A stretch of 62,735 nt of DNA from Ranitomeya imitator (lineage: Eukaryota), in assembly GCF_032444005.1 (NCBI RefSeq), contig NC_091289.1, forward strand, positions 183,210,001 through 183,272,735, in the 5' to 3' direction. Position 1 is the stretch's first letter. Every line of letters starts with the position of its first letter. Below are positions 12,901 to 24,900 of this stretch, piece after piece. Made by a program: the position numbers and the translations under genes. The notes beneath the pieces are model-generated. The model saw only the letters and a program-made list of their open reading frames with translations, was not told the origin of the DNA and ran no database searches.

Positions 12901-15900
12901 CAAGGAGAGTCAGCTAGTGAAGGGGGGGTTTAGCCCACCTCATGAGCTGAAGAGCAACTAAACTTATATGATATTTCATACCATATCGTGACACCCCTGT
13001 CCAGGAGATACAGTATATACAGTATACAGACCCCAGTACAGGAGATATACACAGTATACAGACCCCTGTACAGGAGATATACACAGTACACAGACCCCTG
13101 TACAGGAGATATATACAGTATACAGACCCCAGTACACGAGATATACACAGTATACAGACCCCTATATAGGAGATACATACAGTATACAGACCCCTGTACA
13201 GGAGATATATACAGTATACAGACCCCTGTACAGGAGATACATACAGTATACAGACCCCAGTCCAGGAGATATATATGCAGTATACAGACCCCTATATAGG
13301 AGATATGTCTATGTGGACTCACTGCGTCACTCTCTTGCACGTATTTTGTATACAGCTCCCGGATATTGTCCTTCAGCTTTTTAGGCTCCTGGATGAATCC
13401 GACACAATTGTGCAGATCGGTCTTGAAGCGTTTAACCAAGGCTTCCACGTCACGGACCTGCGGACAGGGCAGAATCCACGTCACATGATAATGAGGGATC
13501 CAGGGATCTTATATCCAAATCTTTAGAGAAGAAAACCCGCCATCATTGTAAACACCACTGGTTACTGCTAGTGCTGCAATGTGACAATCTGGAGCCTGAG
13601 AGTTAACAGATATTCTGTACGCAGCTTTGGATGTGAATGGAGTAGAGCACATGATGTGAGTACGGGGTCTAGATGTAATCCTCACCTTCTGCCTCTCCTT
13701 CTGCATCTCCCGCTCGGTGGCTTTCAGCTTCTGCTTCAGTTCTGTGATGTTCAGATCCAGCTGTGTGTTCTGCTTATGGAAACGCTCCAGTTCTGCCTCC
13801 ATCTGATGCAGAGACCATCAGAAATAGACAATTATTCTGATATCAAATATTATGGGGAGGAATAAAAAAACATGACATCTCACAACTGAAGGGGGTGACA
13901 GAAGGAGCCCCTTATATGCTTAGATGTCAATATAGACCATGGTATCTAAAGGGTTAAACCGAATGGATAATTGAGAATGCAATGCTTCATTTCCCCAATA
14001 GAGGCGCTGCAAGAAATTAAACACTAGTCATGTTTCCCCCCAAATTATAGATAATCACGAAGGGGTGCCAGAAGTTTGATTAACTTATCTTTATCGGACC
14101 TTTCCAATAAAACAAAATTGTATAAAAAGTGGGGGATCCCTTTAAAGGACATGGATACCTTCGGGAACATTTTCATATTGTACTTAAACGGATGAATTTT
14201 TGGCTAAAAGTAATTTGTGCAAATAGGTTTCATGCAAAAATGTAGCACAGTTTGGGTTTTACGTGCTTTTTTTTGCATCTCTGCACATTCATGGCTGCGT
14301 AATGAGCTAACCGAGAATCCATCAGTGAGCTTGTCCTAATGGGGAGTCTGGAACTCTGTCTTTTTATGAACTCTGTGCTGATTCATGGTCACATGACAAT
14401 TGAGCTGATCTTTGATGTTGTGATATATTAAGCTGAGAGGAGCTTAGAAAAAAAAGATAAATGAATTAGAAACTCCCCGTGAGAACGAGCTCACTGATGG
14501 ATTTTCAGTTAACTCATTCTGCAACCAGCAATGTGCAGGGAAACAAAGAGCCTGTAAAAGCCAAGCGATGGAACATTTTTTAATGAAACCGAACTGCAAA
14601 AGCAAAAAAATGTGCTTATTCTAAAATACATGTATTTAAGATAAAAAAAATGCTGGTTTTAGCCAAACAGAGGAGTGGAAATAATTGCTTCCTGATCATC
14701 TGAAGGGAGATGGTCGGTGCTGTGTCACCTCCTGGATCTGCTCCTTCATCTCCTTGATGTCGTTTTCTCGCGGCTCGATCTGCTTCTTCAGTTCCTTGAT
14801 TTTATAATCCAGAACGAACTTGAATTTCTCCAGCTCCTGATTCTTCTTTTTCAGATCGTAGATTCTCTTCTCCTGGAAATCCCAGAGATATCGAGATGTG
14901 AGCTCCAAAATGTTCCTAAAACGACCTCAATACACCGGCGACTCATTATGACAACCTGTGTGAGCAGTTTCCATTCATTGGCAGTGCGCAGAGTTCTTAC
15001 CTGTACCGCGCTGGGGAAATCTGCTCATCATCTGCTGTCCAGGCCTCACCTTGTCCTGTATGGTCTCATCCCTCTCCTGAATCTCTCTCTTCAGCCCCTG
15101 AATGTCCTTATCCAGAGACTTGATCACTCCCTGCAGCTTCTGCTCCTCCGTCTTCAGTTTCTCAATGTCTGCCGCCCGCTCCTCAATGTCTTTCTGTAGA
15201 CTGCTGAACTACAGCGGGAGACATGGAAGAGGATTACACCTGTCATTTCCTTGCACGGTTAGATTTCAGATATTTCAACAAATTCAAATCTGCAGCGGAA
15301 AAATCTGCACAAAATTGTTCATTTCTTTCTGTGGATTTAACTGTGGACATTCTGCAGGTTTCACTCTCTGCATTGCATCCACACAAACGATCGTCCTGGC
15401 AGCTGCTGCTGGCTCCGGACTTTATGCACAGTATAATATGTCAATGTTTCACCTTTTTTCTCATAATTCCACTCTCCCCCTTCAGTCGCAGGGAATTCTC
15501 CCTCTCCTCCCGCAGTCGCCGCTCATATTTTATCTTGATGTCCTGGATCTCTCTGTCTCCATCCTCTTCTATCTGCTTCTTTGTTTCTTCAAATTCTCTC
15601 AGCTGCTGACGAGCTTCATCCTGAGTCTGAGAAAAGTGGGAAATGTTTTGTAATTCTCCGGCCGGGTGGCGTTGGCCGTCATCGTCCTCAGTACCAGACA
15701 TGGATGGCATTCTCACCAACCCCGTCTGCAAATGTCGGTCCTGACTTATAGGATATGTCCAGTCCCATCACTAACTCCCTGATCGCTGGGGATCTAAAGC
15801 AACTTCTGCTTTCATATTTTCAACATTTCTGTTTGCTGTCACTGAATGTTTCTACCATGAATTGTCTTCTGTCACTGCATTCATCTCTTATATGACAGGT

Positions 15901-18900
15901 GCCATCTACCTGGCTGTTTCATGCAACCCAACTCTTTTATGAAACAGCACAAATTTCGTCCTGGCACTGCGACCCTCCAGTAAAAAAAATATGCAAATTA
16001 TTACCTATCCACAGGGTAGGTATTAACTTGATTTTTGCTACTAGGACCCCCAGCGATCCTGAAAACAAACTGTGGAGAGCTCCATTTTAATGGGTCAATA
16101 GTTCTGTACACACACCAGCGCTCCCTTCATTTCCTCAGATAGCGATTGTGTTCAGCTGCGGCTGCCAGTCACATAGACAATGAATGGAGCGGTGGTCTGC
16201 GGATGGGAGCATTGCTCCATTCACATGATATCTTGAACTTATGATACAACCCCTTTAAACTTGGTGCAAATCCAAACACAGCGCCTGATAATGAGTGGTG
16301 CAAGATGTACTGTAGGTCCTTTGTTTTAGATACTGGAGATGGTTCCAGATGCCAGACCCCATGATTAGACATATAGTTATCATAAGAAAACCCTTAAGCC
16401 CCCATACACTTTAGATAACTGAGGGTCACTATCTCGCCCAACTCTCCGCCTGCTCTGCTGAGCGCTCCTGTGTTCCCTATGATAGGGCCACTGTCGAACA
16501 TCTCTGAAGGTAGCTTATCTCCAGAGAGCACAAAGACGGTCGGTCAGAAATTCTTATCCTCCACACTGGTATCAACGGGTCTATCGGTCATAAGACTAAA
16601 GGTACCGTCACACATAGCGACGCTGCAGCGATACCGACAACGATCCGGATCGCTGCAGCGTCGCTGTTTGGTCGCTGGAGAGCTGTCACACAGACAGCTC
16701 TCCAGCGACCAACGATCCCGAGGTCCCCGGTAACCAGGGTAAACATCGGGTAACTAAGCGCAGGGCCGCGCTTAGTAACCCGATGTTTACCCTGGTTACC
16801 ATCCTAAAAAGTAAAAAAACAAACGCTACATACTTACCTACAGCCGTCTGTCCTCGGCGCTCTGCTTCTCTGGTCTGGCTGTGAGCGCCGGGCAGCCAGA
16901 AAGCAGAGCGGTGACGTCACCGCTCTGCTTTCCGGCTGACCGACGCTCACAGCCAGAGCAGGAGGAGTGCAGAGCACAGCGCTGGAGGACAGACGGCTGT
17001 AGGTAAGTATGTAGTGTTTGTTTTTTTTACTTTTAGGATGGTAACCAGGGTAAACATCGGGTTACTAAGCGCGGCCCTGCGCTTAGTTACCCGATGTTTA
17101 CCCTGGTTACCAGCGAAGACATCGCTGAATCGGTGTCACACACGCCGATTCAGCGATGTCTACGGGGAGTCCAGCGACGAAATAAAGTTCTGGACTTTCT
17201 TCCCCGACCAGCGACAGCACAGCAGGGGCCTGATCGCTGCTGCCTGTCACACTGGACGATATCGCTAGCGAGGACGCTGCAACGTCACGGATCGCTAGCG
17301 ATATCGTCTAGTGTGACAGTACCTTAATGTGTATGTAGGAGAGTAAAGGTACCGTCACACATAGCGACGCTGCAGCGATACCGACAACGATCCGGATCGC
17401 TGCAGACACAGACACACAGACAGCTCTCCAGCGACCAACGATGCCGAGGTCCCCGGTAACCAGGGTAAACATCGGGTAACTAAGCGCAGGGCCGCGCTTA
17501 GTAACCCGATGTTTACCCTGGTTACCATCCTAAAAAGTAAAAAAACAAACGCTACATACTTACCTTCTGCTGTCTGTCCTCGGCGCTCTGCTTCTCTGGT
17601 CTGGCTGTGAGCTCCGGGCAGCCAGAAAGCAGAGCGGTGACGTCACCGCTCTGCTTTCCGGCTGACCGACGCTCACAGCCAGAGCAGGAGGAGAGCAGAG
17701 CACAGCGCTGGAGGACAGACAGCGGTAGGTAAGTATGTAGTGTTTGTTTTTTTACTTTTAGGATGGTAACCAGGGTAAACATCGGGTTACTAAGCGCGGC
17801 CCTGCGCTTAGTTACCCGATGTTTACCCAGGTTACCAGCAAAGACATCGCTGAATCGGTGTCACACACGCCGATTCAGCAATGTCTACGGGGAGTCCAGC
17901 GACGAAATAAAGTTCTGGACTTTCTTCCCCGACCAGCGATCTCCCAGCAGGGGCCTGATCGCTGCTGCCTGTCACACTGGACGATATCGCTAGCGAGGAC
18001 GCTGCAACGTCACGGATCGCTAGCGATATCGTCTAGTGTGACAGTACCTTAAGGGGTCCTCACCTGCTGAAGCTGAGACGTCTTCTCGTGGAGTTTAGCC
18101 TCATAGTGTTCGGTCAGTTCCTCCAAGGCCTGGGTCTTACTCTCCTCCAGCTCATGCAGCTGCCGCTCATCATCCTCCTGCATCCGCTGAGATTTTACCT
18201 GTAGCTCCTGATACTTCTCATACTCCAGCAGCAACTTCTGGTTATTTGCTGCCTCTACAAGAAAAGTGAGGAATCCCCAAAGTCAGCCAAAAACGAGAGG
18301 ACAAATGACTGACGACGACCAGCTCCAACCTCAGATCATCATCTGCGCTTAAGACTCATTCAGAAGTCAATGATTTCTCTCAGACGCAAAAAAAAAAACA
18401 GTGGACGGGAATATTGTTGTTTAGATCCATCCTTTACAGACTTATTACTTCTCACATCGGAGGCTTTACTACTATTGCATCCAGTCTAGATCATTCTCTG
18501 TGAGCTATAACCTGGACCTATGATGCCAGGCTATACTGGCAGCCATATTGGTTGTCACTAAGCTAAGATATAAGTAAGAAAACAAATTAAACAATTTAAA
18601 GAAAGAGAAAATACTTACAAATGTACAGTTACAGATGACCTTCTCATTTTAGAGGGAATTCACAAAAACTACAAAAAGATATGTGATGGCAAAATCTATC
18701 TATCTATCTATCTATCTATTATCTATCTGTCTATTATCTATCTATTATATGTTATATATCTATCTATTATATATCTATCATCTATCTATCTATATATCTA
18801 CTATGTATCTATCTATTATGTATCTATTACCTATCTATCTATCTATTATCTATCTATCAGTCTATCTATCTATTACCTATCTATTTATTTATTATCTATA

Positions 18901-21900
18901 ATCTATTTTTCTATCTACGTAAAAAACCCAACAATACATATCTGTGTGACTGCTTTTGTCTTCAGATATCTGATGTACATGCACCACCCTGTACCTAGAT
19001 CCTGCAGCTCTTGGGAATGTCTTTCTATGACATCAGCTACATCTTCCTGATGTTTCAGGTCCTGTTTCTCGGCTTCAGCCTTCAATACCTGAATGATGGG
19101 AATGATGGTGATCATTGAGCTTCCATCAGAGGATGAGAATTATTGGGTGCGGGTCACAATTTTCATACCTGGTTTGTTGTTTTCAGAACCTCCATTTCCT
19201 GGATGAACTTCTCCGTTAATTCCTTTAATTTCTCATTGTAGTTCATGTCTTTCAGTCGGAGCTGATACTCGCTCTCCATCTTCAGCTCCTCCACACGTGT
19301 CTTCAGCTCCAGCATTACCTGGTTCTATATCCAGTGATGCAAATACAATATATTATATATTATATGGCTCCACGTGCAACTGGGCATGAAGGGTATAGTA
19401 ATCGTAAAGGACGTATAGTAAAAGTAAGGACATATACTCCTATACTCCATCATGGACAATCTCTAGATCACAAAATGTCACGCTTCTTAGACCCCCAGAG
19501 ACCAGCTATAGTCTGACGGGAACCTGACAGCACGTATTCATTTTTTCCTGCAGCGCCACCACAGGAGAAATTCAGTATTAGGCCACGTCACACATTCAGT
19601 ATTTGGTCAGTATTTTACATCAGTATACAGTGGGGCAAAAAAGTATTTAGTCAGTCAGCAATAGTGCAGGTTCCACCACTTAAAAAGATGAGAGGCGTCT
19701 GTAATTTACATCATAGGTAGACCTCAACTATGGGAGACAAACTGAGAAAAAAAAATCCAGAAAATCACATTGTCTGTTTTTTTAACAATTTATTTGCATA
19801 TTATGGTGGAAAATAAGTATTTGGTCACAAACAAACAATCAAGATTTCTGGCTCTCACAGACCTGTAACTTCTTCTTTAAGAGTCTCCTCTTTCCTCCAC
19901 TCATTACCTGTAGTAATGGCACCTGTTTAAACTTGTTATCAGTATAAAAAGACACCTGTGCACACCCTCAAACAGTCTGACTCCAAACTCCACTATGGTG
20001 AAGACCAAAGAGCTGTCAAAGGACACCAGAAACAAAATTGTAGCCCTGCACCAGGCTGGGAAGACTGAATCTGCAATAGCCAACCAGCTTGGAGTGAAGA
20101 AATCAACAGTGGGAGCAATAATTAGAAAATGGAAGACATACAAGACCACTGATAATCTCCCTCGATCTGGGGCTCCACGCAAAATCCCACCCCGTGGGGT
20201 CAGAATGACCACAAGAACGGTGAGCAAAAATCCCAGAACCACGCGGGGGGACCTAGTGAATGAACTGCAGAGAGCTGGGACCAATGTAACAAGGCCTACC
20301 ATAAGTAACACACTACACCACCATGGACTCAGATCCTGCAGTGCCAGACGTGTCCCACTGCTTAAGCCAGTACATGTCCGGGCCCGTCTGAAGTTTGCTA
20401 GAGAGCATTTGGATGATCCAGAGGAGTTTTGGGAGAATGTCCTATGGTCTGATGAAACCAAAATGGAACTGTTTGGTAGAAACACAACTTGTCGTGTTTG
20501 GAGGAAAAAGAATACTGAGTTGCATCCATCAAACACCATACCTACTGTAAAGCATGGTGGTGGAAACATCATGCTTTGGGGCTGTTTCTCTGCAAAGGGG
20601 TTAGGACGACTGATCCGGGTACATGAAAGAATGAATGGGGCCATGTATCGTGAGATTTTGAGTGCAAACCTCCTTCCATCAGCAAGGGCATTGAAGATGA
20701 AACGTGGCTGGGTCTTTCAACATGACAATGATCCAAAGCACACCGCCAGGGCAACGAAGGAGTGGCTTCGTAAGAAGCATTTCAAGGTCCTGGAGTGGCC
20801 TAGCCAGTCTCCAGATCTCAACCCTATAGAAAACCTTTGGAGGGAGTTGAAAGTCCGTGTTGCCAAGCGAAAAGCCAAAAACATCACTGCTCTAGAGGAG
20901 ATCTGCATGGAGGAATGGGTCAACATACCAACAACAGTGTGTGGCAACCTTGTGAAGACTTACAGAAAACGTTTGACCTCTGTCATTGCCAACAAAGGAT
21001 ATATTACAAAGTATTGAGATGAAATTTTGTTTCTGACCAAATACTTATTTTCCACCATAATATGCAAATAAAATGTTAAAAAAAACAGACAATGTGATTT
21101 TCTGGATTTTTTTTTCTCAGTTTGTCTCCCATAGTTGAGGTCTACCTATGATGTAAATTACAGACGCCTCTCATCTTTTTAAGTGGTGGAACTTGCACTA
21201 TTGCTGACTGACTAAATACTTTTTTGCCCCACTGTATATAAGCCAAAATCTGGAATGGAACAATCAGAGGAAAAGTATAATAGAAACAAGTCACCACTTC
21301 TGCATTTATCACCCACTCCTGGTTTTGGCTACAAATACTGATGTGAGATACTGTCCGAATACTGAACGTGTGAACGTGGCATTATACAGCATCTGGTGCC
21401 CACATCAATTTAAGTATAACTCCTATCATTCACCTAGATGTACAAATAGATATAGTGAGCAGATGTATGTGGTGATGACGTGATCCCTCACCTTCTCCTC
21501 CAGGTCTGACTTGGTAATCAGGACTTCCTCTGCATATATCAAATCTTTATCCCGCTTCAGACCTCGGCTTTCTTTGTCGGATATTTTCCACACCATGAGA
21601 CACCCGTCTTCAGATATGGACAGGAGGTTCTGGTCATCGTATGTCACCATCAGCTGGAAGTCAAACAAGACCTTTATGTTGTAAAAATGCCAGCTTTCAA
21701 CAATGCAGTATAATGGGGTGAAATCCACAAACAAAACCTTATGTCCCTTTCATGCAAGGAAGGCCAAAAGATGAAGCCATGTGCCCAGACAGTGGAGGTA
21801 TCTGTCAGGAAATGCTCTCTACATATACGCTAAGCTAGAAAGTTTGCAACATTTTGCCTGCATGACGTACAATGGACAGAAGTCGACCTCTTACCCTGGT

Positions 21901-24900
21901 GACTGGAGCGGCGTGTGCCTGGTACTCGTTGTATTCCCTATGGAGAGGTAGCGGATATTTCATGGAGCGCACTGTCCCGGTGGACGTGCCAGTGAAAACC
22001 ATGCGTCCAGAATGAGAGATGGCAACGGCAGTATAGGTCACATCGAAGGAGGAGGCTTCCCGTGACACCTGAGATGGACAGAGACCAGCACAAGATGATG
22101 TCTATACCTCTATACATATTAATTCCTTTACACCAGGTCACGTTTCCTAGTACCCAGGATGTCAGGGCCATGATCACCATCACTCTCTACACCAGGACCT
22201 GTGTCCCTGATGATGGCATTGAGATGGTAAATCTTCCTGCCTTACTAATAGAGTTGATCCTAAGGATTTGCACTGCTTTGCTCTGGCATCCAGTCTGGAG
22301 CTCTGTGCCAACCACACTAGAGTAGCCTTCTCTTCTGTCTCAGCATGTCGGGGGTCTCTGACATCATGACATTGAGTGAAGTCTCATCACTAGGCCTCAT
22401 GCAACATCATAAAGTGATGTCATGACGTCAAAAGTCCTTCTAAATGCTGCAGGCTCCCATGATGGCAGGCCAAAAATACCAGCTGGAGAAGTGAATATCG
22501 CCCTGGTCAGACGGCCCCGGTGGACTGGATGTTGGATCAGGGCAGTGTGAACCATTTTGCTCAGTGAGTATCAGTTTTCAGGGCCTATGTCTACTGCATG
22601 GTCACCTGCGAGTCACTAATCTCCTTCAGCGTCTGGTCAGATCCAACAGCGAAGATGATTTTGGAGTCAGGGGACAGGGCCACGCTGCTGTAATTGCAGG
22701 ACTTCAGTACACACTCGGACTCCCTCTTTCCGGTCAGCGAGTTCCACTCATAAACTGCTCCATCCAGGCCGCAGGATACCAGCTTACTGTCATCGGCACT
22801 CCAGACCACTGAGCGCACCTGTCACATCAATGGCAGCATTCAGTGGAGTTATTGGCATTGGTGACGGCGACATCAGGATCAGACGCACCTTTCCGTTGTG
22901 GCCTTTCAGGTTGATCACATTCTCGAAGGTTGTTGTGGAGTAAATATGGATAACGTTGCCATTCACAGCAGCAAAGAGGTGTCCTCCGTGACTAAAGACG
23001 CACTGTAATGAGAGGGTAAGGTGAGACACAGAGGACCATGAATGGAGAATGTGGCTGGGACGGACTATAAAGCAATTTAATGTCATCGTTATGACTCTTT
23101 ACATGAGCGCTGGCACAAATCTGCGCTTCCGCATCACCCTGTGCATGTGTTGTAAGCAGATTGTGCTTCAGAATTTATCTTAGAAATTAAAATAGAAGAC
23201 AGAATAAGAATACCGCAGACCCGATACCTGCAGCATGTTCATTTTTCAAATGGATGCAAAGTTTCTATTTTTAATGCCATCCTGACACTTTCTTTCAATC
23301 AATCTGTAGATGTGGATAATTTTAGAACCACGAAGACAAATAGACCCCTAAAAATTAACTTTTATTAGACAATTAAAAGTGTACGACTCAAAACAATCTT
23401 CTAAAAATAGTGTTCAAGAAGGTGTAATCAATCGGGGCAAATGAGCTAAGGTCCAATTCATTGCAATCGATTCGGATGACAAGTTATGGACACCAAGTCT
23501 TCAAAAAAGCCTCAATGTTTGGTAAATAAAGTGATACATGTTGAGTAAGGCATCAATTCACACGTAAGGTGCCTATAAGTAACTCTGAGAATCAAGGAAA
23601 CATGCAAGAAAATAGAAGCCGGGACACAGCCCAGACGGGTCACTCCTTCAGAGTCTAAACATGGGTCAGTGTAAAGCAGCACGCCCTAATCAAATGCGGG
23701 TCGCAAATATATATTCCTCATATCACACCTGATACTCAACCTGTTCAGCAAACTATACACACAGTGTTTAGACAATCTGATATTGTCCCATAATCAGGGG
23801 CACATGTCCATCACAGCCATTAATCTGGAGTTAATACTCCATGATACTCATCAGCCGTCAGTAGAAACCATTCCTTCATCCCGACGTGTTTCGCCCTGTA
23901 GCTCTCAGGGTTCATCAGGGGACCCATAAAGGATGACAATGTCCTTCATGAGGCCAAAGAAAGATGCTGTGTGTGGCGTCTTACTAAGGGGCGCCACCAT
24001 TTCCTCCGAATCGATACATGGCCTTATATGAATGCAGCCTTGTATAGGGCTAGACACGTACATTTGTGAGCAGCTCGTCTTCTGCAGAACCTTATTCTCT
24101 TTTTCCCATTACGGATATATATACCGTGCTTGCTTTTCACCATTGTGCTTTTTAAAAATAGTATAGGGGTCTAATAGGGCTTTCAAGACTACTGACGTGG
24201 AGCGGGGCGCCATATCGCCAACATTAGGGTGTCAACCTCAGGTAGGATGATCATTAGGGACTCAATAGCCCTTGTAATTAATCATTTATATGGACCTTGG
24301 TTCATTTGTGACTATGCCCTGATCTGCTCCGATTGGTTACACCTTCTTGAATTGGATTTTTAGAAGATTGTTTTGAGTAGTACACTTTTAATTGTATAAT
24401 ACAAGTTAATTTTTAGGGGTCTATTTGTCTTTGTGGTTCTAATGATATTGAGGCCATGTCGTTCTATCTATTCTTAGGTTTTCTTTCAGATGTGGATAAC
24501 CCCTTTAAGTGAATGATCAGATGCCGCATACATCTGAAAAAGGTCTACAAAAATGCTGACGATTCACAAACAAGTGCATTCATATGTTCGGAAACGTACT
24601 GTAACCGTTAAAAATAATAAGGTGGTGACGTATTTGTCACTTTTGCAAAAATAATTACTGCAATATAATACAAATATTTCTGTAAGAAAAGAAACATAAT
24701 AGCTAAAACCTAACTGTGCGCCACCATGTACAGAATATGCTTCACCTCTTTACATCCGCGGACTGTGAATTCTTTGAACATCCGAATGTCATCAATCAGC
24801 AAATTCATTAGTCGTAACTTATCAGAAAATCCCACCAGCACATACAATCCAGACGGGTGCAGCGAGATACTGTACGCCTCCTCCTGGAACTCCTTGTACA

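Larger units (their letters stand above)
4788..12993 (-). mobile_element. Ty3/gypsy LTR retrotransposon, Gmr1-like (PR-INT-RT-RH order), 8206 bp
   Basis: TG...CA LTRs at both ends, 5-bp TSD CCCCT (4783-4787, 12994-12998), PBS, PPT and gag/pol ORFs. Confidence 0.96.
19581..21381. mobile_element. Harbinger-like MITE interrupted by the Tc1 at 19628-21234
   Basis: TTA-GGCCACGTCACAC ... GTGTGAACGTGGCA-TTA. The inverted CATTCAGTATT arms flank the Tc1. Confidence 0.6.

Noticed and set aside
18169-18171. CFAP57 QEDDE where human is recalled as QEEYE
   Set aside because: A single substitution in a coiled coil; cannot distinguish species difference, polymorphism or error without alignments.
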